Shown: piece after piece, positions 56,418 to 64,000 of the stretch | How positions within the stretch are numbered: position 1 is the first letter of the stretch | Layout of the letters: every line of letters begins with the position of its first letter | Origin: an uncultured archaeon | GTDB taxonomy: Archaea > Thermoplasmatota > Penumbrarchaeia > JASLWR01 | Assembly (NCBI GenBank): GCA_964342815.1 | Contig: CAYFHS010000011.1 | Span: 591 to 64,590 of the forward strand | Length of the DNA: 64,000 nucleotides | Direction: 5' to 3' | Position numbers and translations under genes: made by a program | Notes under the pieces: model-generated | The model's input: the letters and a program-made list of their open reading frames with translations, nothing else | Told to the model about the DNA's origin: nothing | Database searches by the model: none

Positions 56418-59400
56418 CTATTTCGTCCCCCTTTTTCTCAAGGTGTTTTTTCCGGTTTCTGTATCTCTCCACCATGACCTCCATGGCGACACCCACGGCA
56501 ATGATCACCAGCATGGGCACAACGAAAAAGAATGTGACGTTGAAACATATCTTTCCCCTGACTGACGATTTCCTTCCCTGGTCGGTGGTAGTATCGTCAT
56601 CATCATCTGTATCGTCATCATCATCCGCATCATCATCTGCATCATCATTATCATCGTCATCTACCATCCCGCTGGAATCGTCGTTATCATCATCGTCCTC
56701 CGAGCCGTCATTTCCACCTTCCCATGTATTGTTCACTTGGAGAACGAGAAAGACCGGAAGAGAAAAATTTAGCCCGTCAAAGGCTCTGAAACGAATATTC
56801 AATGGTCCATCCGGGTATCCCCCTGTATTGAAAGTGTATTTCCATGTTCTCAGGTCATCATTCGAATTGATTTCCCCGGTGATATTAGACCAATTTTCAT
56901 TATTAATTTTTATTTCCATCGATAGAATAGATCGATTATCGGCAGCAGTACTCCCTTCAATTATAAAATTTCCTTTTACTTCGCTGTTGTTGGCTGGAGA
57001 GCTTATGTTGAGCATTGGGCGATCCCCGGAGATAATGGTATCATTGCTGCCCTGAGATGGTTTTTTGATAGTAAAATTCCACACGCCGCTGGCGCAGGTT
57101 CCCCTGTTAATACCATCGAAGGGGATCACGGTCCAGTAGTATTTTATATCGTACGAGAGATTCTGCTCTTTCGTTATGGTGAAATTCCTGCTGGTGACGT
57201 TTTCGGCCAAAATTGCATTGGGAGGGTAGGATGTGTCCAGCAATATTCTGTACTCCAGGGTATCGTCGTCGTTGTCCAAACCGTTCCATTTCAGCTCGTC
57301 CGGGATTTTTTCGATGACCGCGCCCGGTCCAGGGCTTGCGAGAGTAACTATTGGCGGCGAGTTTTCCATGGCAACATCGATCTTCGAGATGTGGACAGTT
57401 ATGGTAAACTCGCTCTTTTGTGCTTCTATTTCCAGATATTTGCAGGCGATATTGGAGCCAGTTCCAGATAATTCAATTGAATCGGATAGACCCACTGCAC
57501 CAACCACCCCGCCGTTGTCCCAACCAAAGTAATCGCCACCGGGACTGCCGATCTCAGATATTTCGCCGGTCCCTTCTTCGAGAATGGCGGCAAGATCGGG
57601 GGAGAATGAGAAGCGAATCCCCAAACCACCCTCTATTCCCCGGGTCAGCGAATAATGCGCGATTATTTTATTTCCGTTCAATCTCATGGTCTTTGATATG
57701 CCTTCATACGAGAATGTCACGGTCCCCGCTTCAGCATCAGTATGGGACTGGTAAATGTCGTTCTCGCTCCCCATGTCGCTGAATGAAAAGGTCTTGCTGC
57801 CTTCGAGGTATTCTTCTCCCGGGGTTTCGGCAGCACCCATATTATCGCCGTTGTAATGACTGTTTGTTGTGGTAGACGTGACGGCATCGGTCATAGCATC
57901 CCCCTCGTCTAGCCAGCCCGTAGGTGTATTTCCCACTATCTGATGGCCAAGAGAGTCGAAGGCATAGGCGAGCTTGCCGCCCCTCTCCTCAAAAACTGTA
58001 TAAATAAATTCATTTGATATTATATATTCATTTGCCCCGTCCAGATCCACGTCTACGACAGAAATTTCGGTACTCTTGGAAGTGGATTCAAACCACTCAT
58101 TGGCGTAATAATAAACGGCGGCGCATCGGACATGGGCCGCCTGCTCTTTCTGCCAGTATGGTATATAAATGTCGGGCCATTCACCCTCAAACCACGCCGT
58201 CTCGTACAGGCCGTTACAGAATGTCTTCATGGCCAGTTCATACAGAGGACTTTCGTTCTGGATATGTGAAATCAGGGCCCATGTATCCCCAAGAATGGTT
58301 CCGGGAGTGGAGTGGTCGCCCATCTTCATGGTGCAGTCCTTCGGAATGAAATCATAATAGGAATCGTGAGTGATCTCGTTTTCCGGGTCATAATACCAGG
58401 CATCATACATGTTGCCGGAGTTGTCTTTATGGTTAAGGCTACCGGTCTTTCCCGAGAGCCAGAAATAGCTGCAGTCATCCACGTCGACGGTGCCTTCCGG
58501 GGTCCAATCCAGAAAATTTTCCATAGGCTGGGCCGAGATCCAGGGATGTGTGGCGATCCATGCAATTGTGTTCTCGTAGCGGTCCACAGATTCGGCACCG
58601 CCCCACAGAGGTATGTTGCCGCAGGTCTTTTCCCAGTCGTCCATGTACAGTGAATACTGTTCCTGGTCGGGACTTTGTGCAAGGGTAATAAAACTCTCCC
58701 GAAGGCCGAAAGCAAGTCCACCATCGTGATTGTTGTGAAACTGTTCCTGGACGTTTCCGGGGGCGCTTCCCCTTCCCCTGTTGCTGATGAAAAGAAGTTT
58801 CAGGCCGTTATCTTCCTCGTAGAGCTTGTGCTCGTTTACATATCCTTCGGGTTCCCCATACCAGATAAAGCCGTCCTCCGTGTCAACCATCACGGCCTCA
58901 TAGCCGCCTTTTTTGACCAGGGTCTCGTAGCCGTCCCAGAAAACCCTTTCCGGCATCCAGCAGAACGGTAACGCAGAGTCGTTGTAATAATATTCTATCA
59001 TGTCTCTTGCGTAATCCATACTCCATAGGTTCACGGATTCCGGCAGGTACTGGGGTATGTACTCGTCATAGAATCCGCCCACCATATGAACGATATCGTC
59101 GTCCACCAACGACCGTAGAAAATCGTTGAAACCGGGGTCGAACCACTGGGCACCCTCGGCAAGGGTTCCTGACACATGAAGATTCACAGGTACGCCCCAT
59201 TTCTCGTGTATCTCAGGGACTCGTACAAAACCGAGACCCGAGGAATCCCTTATGAAATCCTTTACGTTCTTCAGGAACTGATTTCCGTGGTGGAAAATGC
59301 CGAGTTTTGCCGTTCCCCTGGTACCGGGATTTTCCCTTGATACAGTACCATTGATGTAACCGTCCTCCCACGGCAGACAATCAGGTACGGCATCGACGAC

Positions 59401-60129
59401 GTCTGCCTTATCGGCGATCTCGCCTGCGCCGCCATTGGTGCCGTCCTTGGTGGTAAAGAATTGAAAATTTATCTCCGCTGGATGAATATATCCGTTGTCT
59501 GCAAGTGCGGACATGTCCAGAGCGAACTCCACGGAATCATACTGGCTGTGATATTTGGCATCTAAGAAGGTGGAATTGTGCGTGGACCAGTCCGGATAGT
59601 AGACGGCATAATGCGAAGCGTCGTACAGGGCTACCGCAAGCTCCCAGGGGCTGTCTGTCCTGCACTCGATATAATCGGGGAGCCATTCCTGGCCTCCCGG
59701 GGCGAAATCCAGTAATATATAAATGTCGAGATATGCGGCCTCGGCTTCGTATTCGAGGTCCAGAAGGTCCGCTCTCAGGTAGAGCGTTTCGGTGTTTGCT
59801 CTTGCGTAGCACGCTAGCAGATCGCGGCTGTTGTCCTTGCCGTCTTCGAGGTTGTAGCGGTCTGTTAGGGAAGGGTCCAGTGAGATGAGATCGTCGTAGG
59901 TCCAGTCGCGGAAATCGCCATCGATGGAAATGTTATTACCGTTTCTATGTATGTCACCTGAATCATCCATTTCAGACGGCGGCATATCGGATGCGGATGT
60001 GTAGAAAATATTCGGGCGGACGAAGGATGCAGGGCTGCTTCGGTCCGGGGCCGAAATACCCAATGTTCCAACCAGGAGAAACAGGATCACCCCAACGGCA
60101 AAGAAACGGATGAAACAATTTCCGGTCAA
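56401..60129 (-). CDS. Membrane-anchored GH57 glycoside hydrolase (alpha-amylase / 4-alpha-glucanotransferase-like motifs)
   Basis: FHHGNQF; CWMPERVFW (cf. WLTERV nucleophile region); YMDDWEKTCG (cf. HDDGEKFG). Poly-Asp linker and C-terminal TM. The track ORF starts at 60237, inside the ATPase gene. TTG 60129 overlaps the ATPase TGA (TTGA) and yields signal anchor MTGNCFIRFFAVGVILFLLVG. Confidence 0.75.
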   Translation of the reverse strand: MTGNCFIRFFAVGVILFLLVGTLGISAPDRSSPASFVRPNIFYTSASDMPPSEMDDSGDIHRNGNNISIDGDFRDWTYDDLISLDPSLTDRYNLEDGKDNSRDLLACYARANTETLYLRADLLDLEYEAEAAYLDIYILLDFAPGGQEWLPDYIECRTDSPWELAVALYDASHYAVYYPDWSTHNSTFLDAKYHSQYDSVEFALDMSALADNGYIHPAEINFQFFTTKDGTNGGAGEIADKADVVDAVPDCLPWEDGYINGTVSRENPGTRGTAKLGIFHHGNQFLKNVKDFIRDSSGLGFVRVPEIHEKWGVPVNLHVSGTLAEGAQWFDPGFNDFLRSLVDDDIVHMVGGFYDEYIPQYLPESVNLWSMDYARDMIEYYYNDSALPFCWMPERVFWDGYETLVKKGGYEAVMVDTEDGFIWYGEPEGYVNEHKLYEEDNGLKLLFISNRGRGSAPGNVQEQFHNNHDGGLAFGLRESFITLAQSPDQEQYSLYMDDWEKTCGNIPLWGGAESVDRYENTIAWIATHPWISAQPMENFLDWTPEGTVDVDDCSYFWLSGKTGSLNHKDNSGNMYDAWYYDPENEITHDSYYDFIPKDCTMKMGDHSTPGTILGDTWALISHIQNESPLYELAMKTFCNGLYETAWFEGEWPDIYIPYWQKEQAAHVRCAAVYYYANEWFESTSKSTEISVVDVDLDGANEYIISNEFIYTVFEERGGKLAYAFDSLGHQIVGNTPTGWLDEGDAMTDAVTSTTTNSHYNGDNMGAAETPGEEYLEGSKTFSFSDMGSENDIYQSHTDAEAGTVTFSYEGISKTMRLNGNKIIAHYSLTRGIEGGLGIRFSFSPDLAAILEEGTGEISEIGSPGGDYFGWDNGGVVGAVGLSDSIELSGTGSNIACKYLEIEAQKSEFTITVHISKIDVAMENSPPIVTLASPGPGAVIEKIPDELKWNGLDNDDDTLEYRILLDTSYPPNAILAENVTSRNFTITKEQNLSYDIKYYWTVIPFDGINRGTCASGVWNFTIKKPSQGSNDTIISGDRPMLNISSPANNSEVKGNFIIEGSTAADNRSILSMEIKINNENWSNITGEINSNDDLRTWKYTFNTGGYPDGPLNIRFRAFDGLNFSLPVFLVLQVNNTWEGGNDGSEDDDDNDDSSGMVDDDDNDDADDDADDDDDTDDDDDTTTDQGRKSSVRGKICFNVTFFFVVPMLVIIAVGVAMEVMVERYRNRKKHLEKKGDEIDEAGK

Positions 60130-61253
60130 TACACTGCCCTCCCTTTGTTGTCGAACACATGCCCTTTCTTGCTGGCCAGTTTTATTTGGCACGTATCTCC
60201 TATGGCAAAACCAAGGTCGGCATTCACCTCGGCGCATATTTCGGTATCTCCCGTGCGGATAAAAATATAATCTTTGCTGCCCAGGGCTTCCAGCCCGAAA
60301 ACGGTTCCGGGTATATTTCCTTCTGGAGATTCGCCTGTTTCAGGAACTGCAATAACGTTTTCGGGACGTATTCCGTAACTTGCGTCGGTGGAGCTGAGTT
60401 TTGCCTCGTAAACCGCCTTGGCAACATTCAGGGGCAGATCGAATTTTTGTTGTTCAAACTCGAAAAAATATCCTTGTGAGTGCGGGGTCAGGCTACCGTG
60501 AATGATGTTCATTGCCGGGCTGCCTATAAAGGTGGCAACGAATGAATCCGCCGGTTTATTGTATGTGCTAAGCGGCGGCGCGTACTGTTTGAGTAAACCT
60601 TTATCGATGATGGCGATCTTGTCCGCAAGGGTCATGGCTTCCATCTGGTCGTGTGTAACATAGATTATCGTGGCGCCCAGCTTTTTGTGAAGCCTTTTCA
60701 ACTCCTGTCTCATTTTGGTGCGCAGCTTTGCGTCGAGGTTGGAGAGAGGTTCGTCCATGAGGAAAACGGTGGGATTCCGCACGAGAGAGCGCCCGAGAGC
60801 CACCCGCTGCCTCTGTCCGCCGCTGAGCTGTTTCGGCTTTTTTTGTAACTGGTCGCTTATTCCAAGCAGTTCGGCGGCATCGTTCACGCGTTTTTCGATC
60901 TCACGCTTTGGGTAGCGTTTTTTCCGCTTTCCCTCGACGAAATATCCTGCTCTGAGGGCGAAGGCCATGTTGTCGAATACTGTCATATGCGGGTACAAAG
61001 CATAGCTCTGGAAGACCATTGCGATGTTGCGGTCTCGCGGTTCGAGATCGGTAACGTCTCGGCCGTCGATATATATTCTACCCTTGGTGGGAGTCTCCAG
61101 TCCCGCCACCATCCGCAGGGTAGTGGATTTCCCGCAGCCCGAGGGACCCACCAGAACCACGAAACTGCCGTCCTCGATAACCAGATCAACGTCGTTAACC
61201 GCGTGAAATTTACCGTAGCTCTTTGTAACGTGTTCCAGTACAACTTTGGCCAT
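60126..61253 (-). CDS. Sugar ABC transporter ATP-binding protein (MalK/UgpC-like)
   Basis: ATG 61253 gives MAKVVLEHVTKSYG. Walker A GPSGCGKST, signature LSGGQRQRVALGR, Walker B FLMDEPLSNLD, C-terminal regulatory domain. Confidence 0.92.
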   Translation of the reverse strand: MAKVVLEHVTKSYGKFHAVNDVDLVIEDGSFVVLVGPSGCGKSTTLRMVAGLETPTKGRIYIDGRDVTDLEPRDRNIAMVFQSYALYPHMTVFDNMAFALRAGYFVEGKRKKRYPKREIEKRVNDAAELLGISDQLQKKPKQLSGGQRQRVALGRSLVRNPTVFLMDEPLSNLDAKLRTKMRQELKRLHKKLGATIIYVTHDQMEAMTLADKIAIIDKGLLKQYAPPLSTYNKPADSFVATFIGSPAMNIIHGSLTPHSQGYFFEFEQQKFDLPLNVAKAVYEAKLSSTDASYGIRPENVIAVPETGESPEGNIPGTVFGLEALGSKDYIFIRTGDTEICAEVNADLGFAIGDTCQIKLASKKGHVFDNKGRAVY

Positions 61254-61494
61254 ATGATCACACCTGCCGAAGGGACGAATCCCGAGTGTAAACGCGCAGT
61301 AATATAAAATAATTGTCATGGGGCGGTGTTGGATAAGTTGGGAAAAACACTATTCAAGATTAGTAAATATTTTCTGACGATAGCAACGTTCCAAAATACA
61401 TTGTGACACTAATATCAATGAAAAGGATTAATACATTTTCTCAATCAATCTAATTATGTATTAGATCGATAATTTTCAGAGATCATCATTGAAT

Positions 61495-62370
61495 TTAGAG
61501 GATTCTACGCTGTTTAACAACAATTAGAACCATAATAACAAGAATGACCCAAAGCAATAACGACAGATCAAATCCCGGTGTCTCTTCCTGTTTATCGGGT
61601 TTGTCATTCGAATCATCATCGCTATCATCATCCGAAGGGGTACTATCATCGTTATCCTCATCGGAATCGTCATCCTCTCCTGTGTTATCATCGGGCAAAT
61701 CCTCAACTTCGTATTTATCGGGGATACCATCTTCATTCGAGTCCCTTAAAAGCGGGACCTTCACGTAACTGGACCCATCAGTGAATATAAAGATATCATG
61801 GCGACGTTGCTGAACGCTAATACCCAGCTGCACTTCGATGGTAAGGATTAGGTAATTATCTATCATCTCCTTGTCCAGGGTAAATGAACAATAATACATA
61901 TCGGTCCCGTTTTCTTTGACATCGGTAGTGCCTCCACGAGGTTCCTGCTTTATCGTACTTGCCTGGATGGATTCATTATATGTTTTGTTTACCTCATGTA
62001 ATCGAACATTCCAACTATTGATCTCATTAGGTGTAGAAAGATGGATGAAAACTTCACACAGCGATGACGTATTCAGGTACAACTTACCGTATTCGGCGTC
62101 GCTGTTGTGACCTCCGTAGGGTTGAAATGCCAGTTCAAATCTTCCGGAGGGCACTAGGAGCGCCGACTCGTTATAATGATATTCGGGCGTTATCACATTT
62201 TCATCATCTACATCGAGGAAATGGTCCGGGGCCGCATTTTCATCATACAGTAAATAAAGATTGTCACTGTCAAATTGTCCGTTTACGATTCCTGCGGCGG
62301 CATCCACGGAATCTATTGATACGAACAATGCAATTATCAGGCATATTACAGAATAATATACTATTTTCAT
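61495..62370 (-). CDS. Secreted acidic protein with PGF-CTERM-like sorting signal
   Basis: Signal peptide MKIVYYSVICLIIALFVSIDSVDA. Asp/Ser-rich linker. C-terminus ETPGFDLSLLLWVILVIMVLIVVKQRRIL. Confidence 0.6.
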   Translation of the reverse strand: MKIVYYSVICLIIALFVSIDSVDAAAGIVNGQFDSDNLYLLYDENAAPDHFLDVDDENVITPEYHYNESALLVPSGRFELAFQPYGGHNSDAEYGKLYLNTSSLCEVFIHLSTPNEINSWNVRLHEVNKTYNESIQASTIKQEPRGGTTDVKENGTDMYYCSFTLDKEMIDNYLILTIEVQLGISVQQRRHDIFIFTDGSSYVKVPLLRDSNEDGIPDKYEVEDLPDDNTGEDDDSDEDNDDSTPSDDDSDDDSNDKPDKQEETPGFDLSLLLWVILVIMVLIVVKQRRIL

Positions 62371-62598
62371 GGGATTCCTCGTTTCGTTTGGTGAACGTAC
62401 TATGGTACTATGTTTTTGTTATTATATAAGAATAGTGTAAATTTTAGTTATTATCTCGACAATTTCGCATAACTATGATATAAACGGACTGGTAGGATTT
62501 CACTCGTCCAAGTAGCATTCAAGCTCAGTAAATCCATCGTTGCTAGGCGTTATTCACCCAGCATCGATACCGCTTCGGTGAACCTTATTGCTACGAAA

Positions 62599-64000
62599 CT
62601 AACCCAACTCATCCATCAGGTCATCGAAATCTATCTCATCGGACGGTGGAGCTTCAGGTGGCGGAGGAGTGTCCGACGGTTCCGCTGCCGGTTCTTGTTC
62701 GATCGAAGTCGGCGGCGAGCTTTCTTCACCCCACTCATCCTCTCCGATCTCATCCGCTTCTATTGAATTCTCGGTCATGTCGAACATTTCCTCCTCCAGT
62801 TCTTCCTCGAGAGCATCTGCCGGGTTTTCATCCACTTCACCCCAATCACTTCCCGTGTCTCCCCCGGGTTTGTCCGTTGCTTCCTCGAAAACAAGCTCGG
62901 AACTTTCTTCGGGAATGTCCGGCTCCGCTTTCACTTCTGGTTCTTGTTCCGGGGGTTGGGCCATACCTTTCTCCACCGTTATTTCTTCCTTCACTTCCGG
63001 TTCCTCGAAAGCGTCCACAGGGATCTCTTCGATAATCTCGTTTCCCGGTGAATCCTCCTCCTTCGGTATTTTCACCGTCGTTTCATCATTTATCACTTCC
63101 CGGTCGGGTGAATCATCAGCCTGTGGGGCATGGTCCGCTTCTCCCGGCTCCTCCGTTTGGCTAACTTCACCCATTGGATATTCTGCCATTGGCATCATGG
63201 GCGGCTGCATGCCTTCCCAATATTTGTATTTCTTCTTTTTGTGCTTCTTCTTCATCTTCTTTCTTCTCTTATCGAAGAGGTCCTTCAACTTTATTGCCTC
63301 TCGGACGTCCACCACGCCGCCGTTTATCATGAGGTCCGCACGTGAATCCCAGAAACGGTCGATCTCTTTACGAGTCTCGGCCGCTTCGATTCCGTTTTTC
63401 ATAAAATGGTACCTGCGCCATTTCCAGAGCTGACCTAAAACCAGCAGACCGATCAGTATCGGGCTCGACAATCCCAGCACTTCAAGGAAGTTAAAAATAT
63501 ATTTCGTAGGCAGTTTGTAGCTGAAAAGCTGGATCCAACCGCTTTCGGCGTCCTTCGGATACCTGTCGTCCTCGTCCGGGATCCCATCATTGTCATCGTC
63601 GGGGTCCGCATTATCGCCAGTGCCGTCCTTGTCGAAATCACCGGATTCCTGTGGGTCCTCGGAGAACAATAGCGACCGGTTCGTCCCGTAAGCGTCGAAG
63701 CTGTAACCTGCAGGTTCATCCATGTCCGGCACACCGTCGTTGTCATCGTCGCTGTCTTCATTATTACCAAGGCCGTCGCCATCCGTGTCCTTAGATTCGT
63801 TGGCATTGTACGGGAAGGCATCGAGATAATTTACTACCTCATCGCCATCGATATCCTGGTCTGTGTTGTCACCCACTCCGTCGCCATCCGTGTCGATTAT
63901 CTCCCGTGGATTCAGCGGGAAAAGATCCATGTCATCGGATATATTGTCATTGTCGTCATCCGTATCGGCATTGTCGCCCACGAGATCGCCGTCCGTATCC
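62599..64000 (-). CDS. Thrombospondin type-3 (calcium-binding) repeat surface protein, TM anchor, long acidic tail; 5' end outside the window
   Basis: DTDGDGVGDNTDQDIDGD, DTDGDGLGNNEDSDDDNDGVPD, DKDGTGDNADPDDDNDGIPDEDD. TM ILIGLLVLGQLW. The frame stays open to nt 64000 (…DTDGDLVGDNADTDDD). Confidence 0.8.
   Translation of the reverse strand, partial: DTDGDLVGDNADTDDDNDNISDDMDLFPLNPREIIDTDGDGVGDNTDQDIDGDEVVNYLDAFPYNANESKDTDGDGLGNNEDSDDDNDGVPDMDEPAGYSFDAYGTNRSLLFSEDPQESGDFDKDGTGDNADPDDDNDGIPDEDDRYPKDAESGWIQLFSYKLPTKYIFNFLEVLGLSSPILIGLLVLGQLWKWRRYHFMKNGIEAAETRKEIDRFWDSRADLMINGGVVDVREAIKLKDLFDKRRKKMKKKHKKKKYKYWEGMQPPMMPMAEYPMGEVSQTEEPGEADHAPQADDSPDREVINDETTVKIPKEEDSPGNEIIEEIPVDAFEEPEVKEEITVEKGMAQPPEQEPEVKAEPDIPEESSELVFEEATDKPGGDTGSDWGEVDENPADALEEELEEEMFDMTENSIEADEIGEDEWGEESSPPTSIEQEPAAEPSDTPPPPEAPPSDEIDFDDLMDELG

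Noticed and set aside
60130-60237. N-terminal 36 codons of ORF 56401..60237
   Set aside because: This part lies inside the ABC ATPase gene and encodes a Cys/Arg-rich non-signal sequence. A TTG at 60129, overlapping the ATPase stop, gives a proper signal anchor.

Overview
This 64-kb window reads like a chromosomal segment of an uncultivated prokaryote. It holds about 45 protein-coding genes. I found no rRNA, tRNA, CRISPR array, transposase or integrase.

Core genes:
- a two-subunit 2-oxoacid:ferredoxin oxidoreductase and a single-chain pyruvate:ferredoxin oxidoreductase
- GlmS and PNPase
- a pdaD / deoxyhypusine synthase pair
- a TusA / DsrE / thioredoxin-domain cluster
- pirin, cupin and desulforedoxin-like genes

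Accessory content:
- tandem zinc-ribbon/FGE-domain paralogs
- several giant surface proteins anchored by a C-terminal membrane helix (beta-helix, PKD and TSP3 types)
- two GH57 enzymes of about 1240 and 1780 aa embedded in a sugar ABC-transporter operon
- an OPT transporter

Several signals point to an archaeon by inference: a PGF-CTERM-like tail, the pdaD-DHS operon, TATA-like boxes 23-38 nt before start codons, oligo-T gene ends, and type-I anchored exo-enzymes. That makes the bacterial-type PNPase in the middle notable.

The most unusual non-genic signal is a family of modular multi-hairpin elements, about 200-370 nt long, with three copies at 19.1, 22.3 and 29.6 kb. They share conserved linkers, compensatory stem changes and 8-bp terminal inverted repeats. 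An imperfect inverted-repeat pair also brackets an AT-rich two-gene cassette.

Two genes carry a single in-frame stop codon. One is a TAG at a conserved Gln position of a DDAH-like gene. The other is a TAA that splits the catalytic domain of a 1560-codon glycosidase/PKD protein.

All family assignments come from motif recognition by eye; no database search or folding program was available.
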